Positions 9,479 through 19,054 of a stretch of 32,000 nt of DNA are shown here, piece by piece. Source of the stretch: Acaryochloris thomasi RCC1774 (GTDB lineage Bacteria; Cyanobacteriota; Cyanobacteriia; Thermosynechococcales; Thermosynechococcaceae); the NCBI RefSeq assembly GCF_003231495.1, contig NZ_PQWO01000003.1, positions 1 through 32,000 on the forward strand, read 5' to 3'. The notes under the pieces were generated by a model. It had not been told where the DNA came from and did no database searches. It worked only from the letters and a program-made list of their open reading frames with translations. The translations under genes were made by a program, and so were the position numbers. Every line of letters begins with the position of its first letter. The first letter of the stretch is position 1.

Positions 9479-10060
9479 CTAGAACGTCGAGGGATTCGCA
9501 GACAGGGTTGACGACGACGCTGTAGACAGTTGTCGAGTCCCGGCCCACTCTTGATAATCAGCAATCAACTGCTGACCAATGCGCTGCTTAAAGGTCATCA
9601 AAATGCCCTGGAGTAAGCTATGGCCCGCAGCCTCTAGAATCGGCTTAGGCGTCATCCAGAACAGGGGGGGAAGTTCTACGCCGACCTTCAGATCGCCACC
9701 GCCCTCTAGCCATGTTTGACCATTCCGCTGGACAGGATGGAGCTCACCAATCAAGTTGAACTTAAAGCGGTCATTAATATAGTCAATGCCTCGGAGTTCA
9801 CATCCTTCAGAGCGAACATGAACCTTACCATTGGATTCTGACCAGACTTGCAAGTCAACAACAGGCTGAAACTTCAACGCCATAAATTCTCGAGGGCGCA
9901 TACTCAAACGAAATAAGCTATCGCTGAGTCGCTCAACTCGCCTACGATCTGCTAGCGCATAGATTAATCGATGCGGCTGACGCAGGTAATGCTGCAGGGG
10001 CGCCGATGCAGTCGGGACCTGAACTGAGATGGCTTGGGATCCAGTGAAGTTGACCTGCAT
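9479..10060 (-). CDS. DUF1997-family protein (cyanobacterial/plastid-lineage, function unknown)
   Basis: 193 aa. The N-terminus (FTGSQAISVQVPTASAPLQHYLRQPHRLIYAL) resembles DUF1997 proteins as I remember them. Convergent with selO, with 1 nt between the stop codons. Confidence 0.6.
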   Translation of the reverse strand: MQVNFTGSQAISVQVPTASAPLQHYLRQPHRLIYALADRRRVERLSDSLFRLSMRPREFMALKFQPVVDLQVWSESNGKVHVRSEGCELRGIDYINDRFKFNLIGELHPVQRNGQTWLEGGGDLKVGVELPPLFWMTPKPILEAAGHSLLQGILMTFKQRIGQQLIADYQEWAGTRQLSTASSSTLSANPSTF

Positions 10061-10301
10061 ACAAGGAGTTGTAAATAGTTATTTAACAATCTTACAGTTA
10101 TTTTGCAGATCGGCTACGGGTTTCTACTGAGGCCAACAGAAGAAACACTCCATACAGAGGCATATACCCACTTTGATCAGCAGCAAACGACATCTTCAGG
10201 TAGCAGACTTGCTATAATTGTTTCGAATTGTAAAGTAGAGTCGGGACAGACTCTTAGGCAATCAGTTCTGCTTTTTTGATGTTCAACTCCCCATTCCAAT
10301 C

Positions 10302-11705
10302 ATGTTAGACAACTCCACTGTGGCCGTTCAGGTTCCTAGCGCGACAGCATCGCAGGAGCCGACATCAGAGTCTTCAGCCCTAGGCGGATCTGACCCCCAT
10401 CGATTTGACTGGCATGAAGCATGGCACCCCATTGCTTACATCAGCGACTTAGACGTCGCGCAACCCAATCCCTTTACGCTGCTGGGTCAGGATTTAGTGA
10501 TCTGGTGGGATCCTCAACAGTCAGCCTGGACGGTTTTTGAAGATCGCTGCCCCCACCGTCTAGCCAGATTTTCAGAAGGCAGAGTGACGGAAGACGGTTT
10601 GCTGGAATGTCCCTACCACGGCTGGACATTCTCCGGTGACGGCCAGTGCCAATACATTCCTCAACAGGTCGAGGGGCAAGCAGCTGAAACCTCTTCGCGT
10701 GCCTGTGTACAGTCACTTCCTACGGCAATGCGCCAAGGACTGTTATTCGTCTATCTCGGTAACCCTGAATGCGCAGCCCAGGTGAAAGTTCCTATTATTG
10801 AGCCGCTGGAGGAAGGTCCAGACGAATGGGTCTGCCTCAATACGTTTCGAGACCTGCCTTACGATGCCTTAACACTGCTTGAGAACGTACTTGATCCGAG
10901 CCACTTACCCTATACCCATCATCGTTCGGTGGGGGATCGCGCCAATGCTAGCCCCGTGGAGCTAGAGGTCGTTAAAGCAGGTAAAGCAGGTTTCGATGGT
11001 CTCTGGGCAGAAGGACCACGGCGCGGCAAGCTGGGTCCGCAAGATACTCGATTTATTGCACCAGGACTAATGTGGCATGAAATTACATCTGAGCAATATG
11101 GTCGCACCGTCACCGCAGTTTATGCTGTCCCAACGAAGAAGGGGCACTGCCGTCTGTTTGCCCGTTTTCCGTTTAAGTTCAAGGCCAAGGCTCCGGGCAT
11201 TTTTATGAAGCTGACGCCCCAGTGGTATAACCACATCAATCAGAACAACATTTTAGAAGACGATCAGATTTTCCTACACCACCAAGAGCGGTATCTAGAG
11301 CAGTCCGGCGGTAGCGGTCGAGCCAGCAAGGCATTTTATTTGCCCACGAAGGCCGATACCTTTGTTAAGGCACTCCACCAATGGGTCAACCAGTTTGAAG
11401 CTGATCCGTTTGCAGGAGAGTCTCTGCCACCGGCTCTACCCAAACATGAACTGCTAGACCGCTACTACTCTCATACCGTCAATTGCCCCAGTTGCAGAGG
11501 CGCGCTGAAAAATATTAAGCGATTGCGTCTTGGGGTTGGCGTCTTAGGAGTCAGTCTTTGGGGACTCTCGCCGCTCATCCACTCAGGGGTGTTCGTGACC
11601 GTACCGGTGGCACTATGCGGTGCAGCTTGGTGGGGACTGAAGCGCCTAGAAAAGCGGTTTTATGAGGGGCGAGCTGTGCCGCTTCGCAACCTACCGGATT
11701 CTTAA
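10302..11705 (+). CDS. Rieske [2Fe-2S] oxygenase of the PaO/Tic55-like family
   Basis: 467 aa. Rieske motif CPHRLARFSEG...CPYHGWTF. Mononuclear-iron region NVLDPSHLPYTHH. C-terminal CxxC (CPSCRG) and a hydrophobic anchor, as in pheophorbide a oxygenase-like proteins. Confidence 0.85.
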   Translation: MLDNSTVAVQVPSATASQEPTSESSALGGSDPHRFDWHEAWHPIAYISDLDVAQPNPFTLLGQDLVIWWDPQQSAWTVFEDRCPHRLARFSEGRVTEDGLLECPYHGWTFSGDGQCQYIPQQVEGQAAETSSRACVQSLPTAMRQGLLFVYLGNPECAAQVKVPIIEPLEEGPDEWVCLNTFRDLPYDALTLLENVLDPSHLPYTHHRSVGDRANASPVELEVVKAGKAGFDGLWAEGPRRGKLGPQDTRFIAPGLMWHEITSEQYGRTVTAVYAVPTKKGHCRLFARFPFKFKAKAPGIFMKLTPQWYNHINQNNILEDDQIFLHHQERYLEQSGGSGRASKAFYLPTKADTFVKALHQWVNQFEADPFAGESLPPALPKHELLDRYYSHTVNCPSCRGALKNIKRLRLGVGVLGVSLWGLSPLIHSGVFVTVPVALCGAAWWGLKRLEKRFYEGRAVPLRNLPDS

Positions 11706-11737
11706 TCACAGGCGGTGCGTGAGGGTGCGATTCGTCT

Positions 11738-12433
11738 CTACAACGGTAGCTGCTCAATTGCCTCATTGTCACCAATCACAACCATCATGGCGTCCTGCAG
11801 CAAACGGAGTTCAGGGGCGGGGTTAATTTCAAACATCTTCTCTCGTCCGACGGCCAAGACATTGAGGCCGTAGCGGTTGCGCAGCTCTAGTTCTGCGAGG
11901 GTCTTGCCATGAAACTCTTTAGGAATCAATAGCTCGACAATGCTGTGTTCGGGATCAAGTTCAAATCGCTCTAGGATACCGGGCTTAGTGAGAGATTTCG
12001 CTAAAGCACAACCGGCTTCATACTCAGGAAAGACGACGCGATCAGCTCCCACTCGCTTGAGTAGCTTACCGTGGACTTCTGAAGAGGCTTTAGCCACTAC
12101 GTTGGTGACTCCGGCTTCTTTCATGTTCAGCGTCGTGATGATGCTCTCTTGTAGGTAATTACCGATGGCGATAATGACGGTATCAAACTCATAGAAGCCC
12201 GCCTCTTTAAGGGCCAAGGGATCGGTCGAGTCTAGCTGTAAGGCATGGGCCGCGATCTGACAACTCAAGGCTTCTGCTACTAGTTTTTCGTCGACATCAG
12301 CCCCTAACACTTCATAGCCAGAATGATGCAGAGACTCGCAAACGGCGCGACCGAAGCGTCCTAAACCAATGACAGCGAATTGCTGATTTTTGGGCTGTAG
12401 ACCTTGTAAAAAACTGAAGGAGGAAAGATTCAC
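11738..12433 (-). CDS. ktrA: K+ uptake regulatory subunit, TrkA-N/TrkA-C (KtrA type)
   Basis: 231 aa, GTG start. Rossmann motif VIGLGRFGRAV, and a C-terminal RCK_C-like segment (LIPKEFHGKTLAELELRNRYGLNVLAV). No ktrB lies adjacent. Confidence 0.85.
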   Translation of the reverse strand: MNLSSFSFLQGLQPKNQQFAVIGLGRFGRAVCESLHHSGYEVLGADVDEKLVAEALSCQIAAHALQLDSTDPLALKEAGFYEFDTVIIAIGNYLQESIITTLNMKEAGVTNVVAKASSEVHGKLLKRVGADRVVFPEYEAGCALAKSLTKPGILERFELDPEHSIVELLIPKEFHGKTLAELELRNRYGLNVLAVGREKMFEINPAPELRLLQDAMMVVIGDNEAIEQLPL

Positions 12434-12617
12434 TGCAGATACCTAGATACCGAAGAAACAGAATCAATGCCAATAGCCTCTGATTCCTGCTATTTAGCGT
12501 ATCAGTACTGAATCCTGAAGGCCACTCAAGTATCGGAATAAACCCGCCCAAACGCATAGCATTCGAGATTGCAGCAGCGCAAACTGCAGTTTATCGTTCT
12601 AAAGTCGCGTCTTGTCT

Positions 12618-13034
12618 TTAACCTGCTGCTGCAGGCTTGACCCTAATCGCTGCGGTCTCAATTCTTAGGGGCTGCAGTGCAGTGTTCTTTGGCAGCCGAT
12701 TTGCTATCCGTAGAGTCTCTAGAGCCAGCTTCGCTTTGCGATGGTTTTCACAGTTCATCTGCTCAAAGTAAAGATCCGAAGCTTTGGCGAGATCCTGAAG
12801 CGCTTCACAAATGTTGCTGCTCTTCAACAGTGAACCACGACTGAAGTAGGCATTGGCATGGGTTGGATCCTGCAGAATCGCAAAGTTATAAGCTTCTATG
12901 GCACTCTGAATCAATCCCAGAAATTCATGTCGCAGGCCACGACGATAGTAAAACTCCGCGGCTTGAGAATGAGGAAGCTGATCTTCTGAGGGTAAGTCCA
13001 GATGAGTCGGGATTTGATCAAAAATAGAATTCAT
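12618..13034 (-). CDS. TPR-repeat protein
   Basis: 138 aa with TPR-like periodicity (AEFYYRRGLRHEFLGLIQSAIEAYNFAILQDPTHANAYFSRG). No other recognisable domain. Confidence 0.55.
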   Translation of the reverse strand: MNSIFDQIPTHLDLPSEDQLPHSQAAEFYYRRGLRHEFLGLIQSAIEAYNFAILQDPTHANAYFSRGSLLKSSNICEALQDLAKASDLYFEQMNCENHRKAKLALETLRIANRLPKNTALQPLRIETAAIRVKPAAAG

Positions 13035-13251
13035 AATTTTGCTCTACGGTCCCGCTGGCCCAGGCAAACAGTAGATTTGCCAAATTTATACAAAGTAGAG
13101 CCAGTGACGTCTACTTGCCTAAGATGGCACGACGGGAGTTGCGATCGCGTTTATCTTCACTCAAAGTCTGTATATCTTACAGAACGCCAAAAGCAAAGGA
13201 CTGACCAGTCTGTATCCACAGCCAGAAGTACAGGTTTACTACGTCAAAAGA

Positions 13252-13983
13252 CTACATGCCTGAACCGTCTAGGAACTGCTCAATGACGCGATCTTCCAGA
13301 CGACATCGATTGTGAGGATGGGCAGCACTGACCGGCTCCACGACAGGTTCTGATTGCTTAAAGGCCGCCACTTCTCGTTCTAGAACCTCAATGCGGTCAA
13401 GCAAGTAGCGAATCGCCTGCGCCTCAGAGTCAGGGAGTTGAGCATGATCAAGGGGATTGACCTTCGCGCCTTCTCGATACACAATTCGGCCTGGAATGCC
13501 GACAACAGTACAGTCAGAAGGAACTTCTCTGAGAACGACAGATCCCGCGCCAATGCGGACGTTATGGCCAATGTTCAAATTACCCAACACCTTTGCACCC
13601 GCGCCCACAACCACGTTTTCTCCGAGGGTGGGATGGCGTTTGCCTGTCTCTTTGCCCGTGCCGCCTAGGGTGACACCCTGATAAATCAAACAATAGTCAC
13701 CCAAGATAGCGGTTTCACCAATAACAACCCCCATCCCGTGATCGATCACCACGCCCTGCCCCAATGTGGCACCGGGGTGAATTTCAATCCCGGTCAAGAA
13801 GCGCGAAAGATGGGAAATAATGCGAGGGATCAGCGGCAGACCCAGAACATAAAGCCAGTGGGCTAGTCGATGCATCAAGATAGCCTGCAGACCCGGGTAG
13901 CAGAGTAACACTTCTAAACCGCTCCGGGCCGCAGGATCGCGTTCAAAGATACTGCGGAAGTCAGCCCTCAAAGTATTGAGCAC
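13252..13983 (-). CDS. cysE: serine O-acetyltransferase
   Basis: 243 aa, GTG start. Contains [30 protein letters not shown] and hexapeptide repeats ([47 protein letters not shown]). Confidence 0.92.
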   Translation of the reverse strand: MLNTLRADFRSIFERDPAARSGLEVLLCYPGLQAILMHRLAHWLYVLGLPLIPRIISHLSRFLTGIEIHPGATLGQGVVIDHGMGVVIGETAILGDYCLIYQGVTLGGTGKETGKRHPTLGENVVVGAGAKVLGNLNIGHNVRIGAGSVVLREVPSDCTVVGIPGRIVYREGAKVNPLDHAQLPDSEAQAIRYLLDRIEVLEREVAAFKQSEPVVEPVSAAHPHNRCRLEDRVIEQFLDGSGM

Positions 13984-14155
13984 AGGCTATCTTCATCCAT
14001 GCTAGACAAATCACGCTGATCATAGCGTTTTTTCGCGGCGGTAATCCACACCCGATTCTGCAAGAAGAGATCGATACAATAGTGCCTGAGGCAGATTTTC
14101 TGTGCTCTCACACGCCCTCAGTTTTGGGTTGCCGATCAGACAGTTAGAGTAATTC

Positions 14156-14479
14156 ATGGACAGCAATAGCTTTTTGAAACAAATGCTGATGATTGGGGTA
14201 GGGACAACCTCTGTTGTCGCAGAGAAGCTCCGCGAAGTCAGCGATGAGTGGGTACGAGATGGGCGTCTCAACCCGGAGCAGGCAAAGGCATTCGTTGACG
14301 ACTTGATGCAGCAGCTGCGAGCAGATCCAGGCAATTGGGAAGCACAAATGCAGCAGCAGGTCCGCAATGTAATGCAAGATCTAGGGGTTGCTCGCCAAAC
14401 CGAGGTCGATGAGCTTCGCGGTAGAATTGATCGGCTGGAGCGTCAGGTGAGAGACTTAGAAAATAAAAGATGGCGCTAA
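14156..14479 (+). CDS. small phasin-like / coiled-coil protein
   Basis: 107 aa. The N-terminal FLKQMLMIGVGTTSVVAEKLREVSDEWV resembles phasin-family (COG3937-like) proteins. C-terminal coiled coil EVDELRGRIDRLERQVRDLENK. The opposite-strand ORFs here look like shadows. Confidence 0.55.
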   Translation: MDSNSFLKQMLMIGVGTTSVVAEKLREVSDEWVRDGRLNPEQAKAFVDDLMQQLRADPGNWEAQMQQQVRNVMQDLGVARQTEVDELRGRIDRLERQVRDLENKRWR

Positions 14480-14507
14480 CCTATAAAAACTAAACGGGAG
14501 GAGAACC

Positions 14508-15038
14508 TTGCGCAATATTTTAATTAGTGTCGGAGTCATGGTTGTCTGCGGTTTGGTCTTAGCCTGCGCGCAGCTCGTCAACCCGCCAGCAGACGTGAGC
14601 GCAGATCCGCTGCAGAGCAGTGAACCCCAAACAACTATTGCGGCCACCCCCGCAGCACAACAACCTGAGGAACCTAAAACTGACGTGACCGATTCTGACT
14701 ACACCACCACCGATTCTGGACTGCAGTATAAAGACATTACTGAGGGTACGGGCGAGTCTCCGAAGCGAGGCGATAACGTGACGGTCCACTACACGGGCAC
14801 GCTCACCGATGGCTCTAAGTTCGACAGTTCGCGCGATCGCGACCAGCCCTTTGTCTTCCCAATCGGTCTAGGCCGGGTAATTAAAGGCTGGGATGAAGGC
14901 GTCAGTACTATGCAAGTAGGTGGACGCCGAGAACTCAAGATTCCACCCGATTTAGGCTATGGTGCGCGGGGTGCCGGTGGCGTCATTCCACCCAATGCAA
15001 CGCTGATTTTTGATGTTGAGCTACTAAAGATCAATTAG
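14508..15038 (+). CDS. FKBP-type peptidyl-prolyl cis-trans isomerase, exported
   Basis: 176 aa. TTG start with SD gggaggag at 14496-14503. Signal/lipoprotein-like N-terminus (LVLAC). FKBP core [21 protein letters not shown]...[15 protein letters not shown]...LIFDVELL. Confidence 0.9.
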   Translation: MRNILISVGVMVVCGLVLACAQLVNPPADVSADPLQSSEPQTTIAATPAAQQPEEPKTDVTDSDYTTTDSGLQYKDITEGTGESPKRGDNVTVHYTGTLTDGSKFDSSRDRDQPFVFPIGLGRVIKGWDEGVSTMQVGGRRELKIPPDLGYGARGAGGVIPPNATLIFDVELLKIN

Positions 15039-15046
15039 AAACGACG

Positions 15047-16345
15047 TCAACCCATCAATTTACAGCCCCGTGCTGCCAATAACGCTGTTCCATAGGCGGC
15101 TTGGCGGTGGCGGGGTTCTTTAATAGATGCTTGCAAATATCGCTGGCGAATCGCTTGCCAAGTCAAATTCTGAGCGCCGCCGCCTGCAGTATAAATCTGA
15201 GTGACGGGCGTTGCCCCCTGCTCTTGCAAAAGTCGATAACCCTGGGCTTCGATACGGGCCAGGCTTTCTAAAAGCCCATGCAAAAAAGCAGCTGGCTGAT
15301 CAGGACGGGGCTGAAGACGAGGCTGTAAATCTGGATCATTAATAGGAAAACGTTCTCCTGGTTTTAGGAGCGGATAATAGTCCAGTGGACTGACCACCTG
15401 AGGATCAATCAGGGCACTCAAAGACGCTAGCTCGGCTGTGGAGAAATACTGCTGCAGCACGGCTCCCCCGGTGTTGGAGGCCCCACCGACAAGCCACTGC
15501 TGGCCGAAGCGATGGCTATAGATGCCGTACTGTGCCTGATCAATACGGGTTTGACTGAGGAGCTTTAAGACCAGCGTTGAACCGAGTGAGGTAACGGCTT
15601 CGCCGGGATAGCTGGCACCGCTGGCGAGAAAAGCGGCGATACTGTCTGTGGTTCCGGCACAGATCTGGCAGTGGGGCGGTAAATCAAAACGCTGAGCGAT
15701 CGCAGGCTGGACGGGTGCAATGGGCGTTCCGGGCGCAATCACACGAGGGAGCAGCGGCAGCAGGAACCGCAGTTGTTCATCCTGGAACCAGTCTGGATAG
15801 GTCTCTATGGCGGGATCGTAGCCAAGCTTTAGACTATTGTGATAATCACTAATGCCCAAACATCCGTGAAGCTGATAGGCGAGCCAGTCGGCCTGGTGCA
15901 TCAGGGCATGAGCGTCGCTAAAATCAGTCTGGCGGCTGAGGGTTAGAAATTTTGCCAAGCTGGAGCTGGCGCTGAGAACAGTATGACCTAGGGGCACGAT
16001 CGCATCTAGCAAATCTAGATCTTCAGGATCACAGGTTTCGTTGTAGAGAACCGCCGGGTGCAGGGGTTCTCCTTGAGCATTGCAGAGCAAGATGGTGGAA
16101 GAGGTACCGTTGATGGCGATCTGGGTGAGTTGAGCTCGCACGTCTATCGGCAGGTCACCGATCAGCTCGAACAGTGTTGTCTTCCAGACAGAAGCCCGCT
16201 CAGCAGGATCAACCTCAGCAAAAGCAGATTTAACCTCGGCCCGAACACAGCAATCTGGGTCAATCACAATGGCCCTGGCCCCTGACGTGCCGAAATCAAT
16301 ACCCAAAGATAGATGGGTTGGAGGCTCTGAGAGCCTTGAAGTCAT
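15047..16345 (-). CDS. FGGY-family carbohydrate kinase
   Basis: 432 aa. N-terminal actin-fold phosphate-1 motif LGIDFGTSGARA, and C-terminal TAGGGAQN. The start ATG (16343-16345) overlaps the cbiO stop (16342-16344) as ATGA. Confidence 0.82.
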   Translation of the reverse strand: MTSRLSEPPTHLSLGIDFGTSGARAIVIDPDCCVRAEVKSAFAEVDPAERASVWKTTLFELIGDLPIDVRAQLTQIAINGTSSTILLCNAQGEPLHPAVLYNETCDPEDLDLLDAIVPLGHTVLSASSSLAKFLTLSRQTDFSDAHALMHQADWLAYQLHGCLGISDYHNSLKLGYDPAIETYPDWFQDEQLRFLLPLLPRVIAPGTPIAPVQPAIAQRFDLPPHCQICAGTTDSIAAFLASGASYPGEAVTSLGSTLVLKLLSQTRIDQAQYGIYSHRFGQQWLVGGASNTGGAVLQQYFSTAELASLSALIDPQVVSPLDYYPLLKPGERFPINDPDLQPRLQPRPDQPAAFLHGLLESLARIEAQGYRLLQEQGATPVTQIYTAGGGAQNLTWQAIRQRYLQASIKEPRHRQAAYGTALLAARGCKLMG

Positions 16346-17133
16346 AGGTGACGCTTCGCTTCTATGCGACCCGCCAGAGAGTAGGGCACTTCAAGACCAT
16401 GAGCCTCCATCAGGGAACGCTGCTGCATAATCTCTGGTGGGTGGCCGTCTGCAACAATGTGTCCGTGATCAATCAAGAGGATGCGATCGCAAACCTCCAA
16501 AATCATCTCCAGATCATGAGAGGCCACCATGATCGTCTCTTCAGAGTCTTGTAAATACTGAATCAGGCGACGGCGGGCGCGTAGGTCTAGGTTGGCGCTG
16601 GGTTCGTCGTAGATGATCAGGCGCGGATTCATAGCAACTACAGTTGCGATCGCAACCATCCGCTTCTCTCCCCCTGACAAATGATGGGGCAATCGCTGGG
16701 TCAACGACTGGGTTCCCGTCAGCGCCAAAGCCGCCGCCACGCATCGATCCACTTCATCAGGCGGTAAGCCCATATTTTGAGGGCCAAAGGCAATATCTTC
16801 CCAAACCGAAGCCGAAAAAAGCTGGTCGTCTGGATTTTGAAACACAAACCCCAAATCGGATCGAAAGCTGCCTGTCTCTACAGGCTGATTAAACAGCTTC
16901 ACTTCACCCTGAGTCGGACACAACAGCCCACAGATGATTTTGAACAGCGTCGTCTTACCAGCCCCATTAGGCCCCAATACACCAATTCGCTCGTTGGCCT
17001 GAAGTTCAAACGAAATCTGCTCTAGAACACTCGTTCTGTCTGGATAAGAAAAGCTAAGATCAGCCACCGTCAGCGCGGGCGCGAACGGCTCTAAAATCGT
17101 CGAGTGGTGAGGCGCAGGAAACAATATCGTCAT
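16342..17133 (-). CDS. cbiO: ECF transporter ATPase component (CbiO/NikO type)
   Basis: 263 aa. Walker A GPNGAGKTT, signature LSGGEKRMVAIA, Walker B IIYDEPSANLD. Operon context with cbiM and cbiQ. Confidence 0.88.
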   Translation of the reverse strand: MTILFPAPHHSTILEPFAPALTVADLSFSYPDRTSVLEQISFELQANERIGVLGPNGAGKTTLFKIICGLLCPTQGEVKLFNQPVETGSFRSDLGFVFQNPDDQLFSASVWEDIAFGPQNMGLPPDEVDRCVAAALALTGTQSLTQRLPHHLSGGEKRMVAIATVVAMNPRLIIYDEPSANLDLRARRRLIQYLQDSEETIMVASHDLEMILEVCDRILLIDHGHIVADGHPPEIMQQRSLMEAHGLEVPYSLAGRIEAKRHL

Positions 17134-17153
17134 CGGCTATCCCGTTACGTCAT

Positions 17154-17948
17154 TCAAACAGTCCAAAGAAAATCGGAAATCACGAACCCTGCAGCCACCA
17201 TTAATATAACGACTAAGGCGCTGCTGTTCCAGAACGTAACGGGTTCACGACTGCGGGGTAAATTCGCAGAGGGCTGACCATAGCCTCGCAGCCCCATCGC
17301 CTGATAGCTACGCACCGCCTGCTCATAGCTGCGAATCAGTAAAGTGCCCATCAGCGATGCCAGTCGCTGTAGATGCGCCCACTGCCTGCGAACTGCAAAT
17401 ACCGGCGGTGTATGGAAGCCGCGTAATCTCATGGCCTGCTGCATGGTTGTCAACATCTGAGCAAACTCAAACAGATAGCGATAGGACAGCAACATCATAT
17501 CGGTCAAAACTGAAGACAGGCCGAAAGATCGCATTGCCTTAATCGTTGTCGAGAAGGGACAGGTTCCCAGAATAATTAAGCCCAGCGTCAAAATAGAGAA
17601 AAACCGACAGACAATCAGAAGCGTGGTGGATAACCCCTCGGCCCGAATCGCTAGCGTCCCCCACTGCCAAAGAACGGTGTCGCCTGAGACCAGCGGCAGC
17701 ACTATCACAACGCCCAAAATAAAGAGGCCAGGGTATCGAAGATGATGCAGCAGAAAGGAGAGGGGGAGACGTGAGATCGCATACAGCACCGCCGTCACCG
17801 CCAACATCGCAGGCAGCAACCGCAGATCTTCGACCATCGCAAAGGCAAAAATTAGCGTACCTAGCCCCACCAGCTTTGGTCTAGGTTGCCACCGATGCAT
17901 CCAAGAATCGAGATGAACGTAGCGATCAATTTCATGCAGCACAGGCAA
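17154..17948 (-). CDS. cbiQ: ECF transporter transmembrane T component (CbiQ/NikQ type)
   Basis: 264 aa polytopic membrane protein lying between cbiM and cbiO. Contains the family-typical segment AMRLRGF. TTG start, and the exact start is uncertain. Confidence 0.8.
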   Translation of the reverse strand: MPVLHEIDRYVHLDSWMHRWQPRPKLVGLGTLIFAFAMVEDLRLLPAMLAVTAVLYAISRLPLSFLLHHLRYPGLFILGVVIVLPLVSGDTVLWQWGTLAIRAEGLSTTLLIVCRFFSILTLGLIILGTCPFSTTIKAMRSFGLSSVLTDMMLLSYRYLFEFAQMLTTMQQAMRLRGFHTPPVFAVRRQWAHLQRLASLMGTLLIRSYEQAVRSYQAMGLRGYGQPSANLPRSREPVTFWNSSALVVILMVAAGFVISDFLWTV

Positions 17949-17951
17949 ACC

Positions 17952-18590
17952 TCATTCTGGGATCACCTCTGGCTTCATGCGCGTCAAGAAAGATACTAGC
18001 AAAGCCGTAAAAGTCCCCTCCAGCAGCACCAGCGGGATATGAGCCACCAGCAAACCATAGGACACCTGCTGCTCTAACGCCGCATCCACGTCAGCGGGAA
18101 TCGTCATGATCACCAAGCCATAAAATAGCAGTGCTGACAGACCGATCCCAAACGCCCCGGCCAAGAAGGCGAACAGATTTGTGGACCAAGCGCTTTTGTG
18201 CCCTACCCACTGCCGCACTCGAAAAATACGAGCGGCTAAGATGGCCGGAAGGCCCATGATCACCGCATTGATCCCCAACGTCGTCAACCCACCATGCCCA
18301 AACACTAGAGCCTGAAAGAACAACCCCACCAACACCGCCGGGAACGCATAGCAGTCTAACACCGCCCCCAATGCGCCATTGAAAACAAAGTGGACGCTGG
18401 CGGGAGGCACAGGAAACCGGATCGCTGAAGCGGCGAAAAAAGCAGCCGTCAAAAGCGACGCCTTCGGAATCTCTTCCGTAATCGTTGGACGATGATTGAT
18501 TTGCCGCAGCGAATACCAAGTCAAGCCGCCCGTGATGGCGTAGCCAATCAGACAGACCTTTGCAGGCAGAAGACCATCCGAGATATGCAT
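17952..18590 (-). CDS. cbiM: ECF Ni/Co substrate-capture component (CbiM/NikM type)
   Basis: 212 aa. The N-terminus MHISDGLLP is characteristic of CbiM/NikM, where the N-terminal Met-His contributes to the metal site. Multi-TM protein. The start overlaps the upstream stop as TAATG (18588-18592). Confidence 0.85.
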   Translation of the reverse strand: MHISDGLLPAKVCLIGYAITGGLTWYSLRQINHRPTITEEIPKASLLTAAFFAASAIRFPVPPASVHFVFNGALGAVLDCYAFPAVLVGLFFQALVFGHGGLTTLGINAVIMGLPAILAARIFRVRQWVGHKSAWSTNLFAFLAGAFGIGLSALLFYGLVIMTIPADVDAALEQQVSYGLLVAHIPLVLLEGTFTALLVSFLTRMKPEVIPE

Positions 18591-19051
18591 TACTGCTTCT
18601 TCCTAGAAGAAAATAGGATGGCCGTCAACACAAAGCCTCCAATGACAACAACCCCCAAAAGGCTACGCACCATCGGACTGGCTGGTTCAGACGATACGGT
18701 TGCGGTCTCTGCAGCATTTTCGGCCCCAATAGGAATATTGAGAATCTTGCCGTGCCCTGCTTGACGCACTTTCACCTGCCAAGTCCCAGTCTGATCTGCG
18801 GGTGGCGTGAATGCAAAATGCCCCTTGCTATCAAACTTCCCAGTTAGCCAAGGCTGAGTGGCTCCATCTGGAGCGTAAACCGTCACCTGAGCATTCGCCA
18901 TCGGTTCACCCGTATCAAAGGCGGCCTCAATTTCGACCGCCTTTGGCGTAATGCGATAGTTCACGGCGGTCCCGTGTGCCAGGACAGTAGGCATAGTCCA
19001 TACACTGATTAATAGCCCTAGAACGGGTACCAGCCGTTTGCTCATTATCAA
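18590..19051 (-). CDS. exported single-domain beta-rich protein with C-terminal TM anchor; putative accessory component of the Ni/Co ECF transporter
   Basis: 153 aa. Signal peptide with predicted cleavage after VLA, leaving an N-terminal His (HGTAV). Transthyretin/carboxypeptidase-regulatory-like segment ANAQVTVYAPDGATQPWLTGKFDSKGHFAF. C-terminal hydrophobic helix VVVIGGFVLTAILF. It occupies the position usually held by cbiN. Confidence 0.6.
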   Translation of the reverse strand: MIMSKRLVPVLGLLISVWTMPTVLAHGTAVNYRITPKAVEIEAAFDTGEPMANAQVTVYAPDGATQPWLTGKFDSKGHFAFTPPADQTGTWQVKVRQAGHGKILNIPIGAENAAETATVSSEPASPMVRSLLGVVVIGGFVLTAILFSSRKKQ

Positions 19052-19054
19052 CTC

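Noticed and set aside
9475-9481. Convergent genes sit almost back to back. The selO and DUF1997 stops are 1 nt apart, and the FKBP and FGGY kinase stops are 8 nt apart (15036-15049).
   Set aside because: This shows compact genome organisation, with no room for hairpin terminators. No specific element is visible, so it is not reported as a finding.
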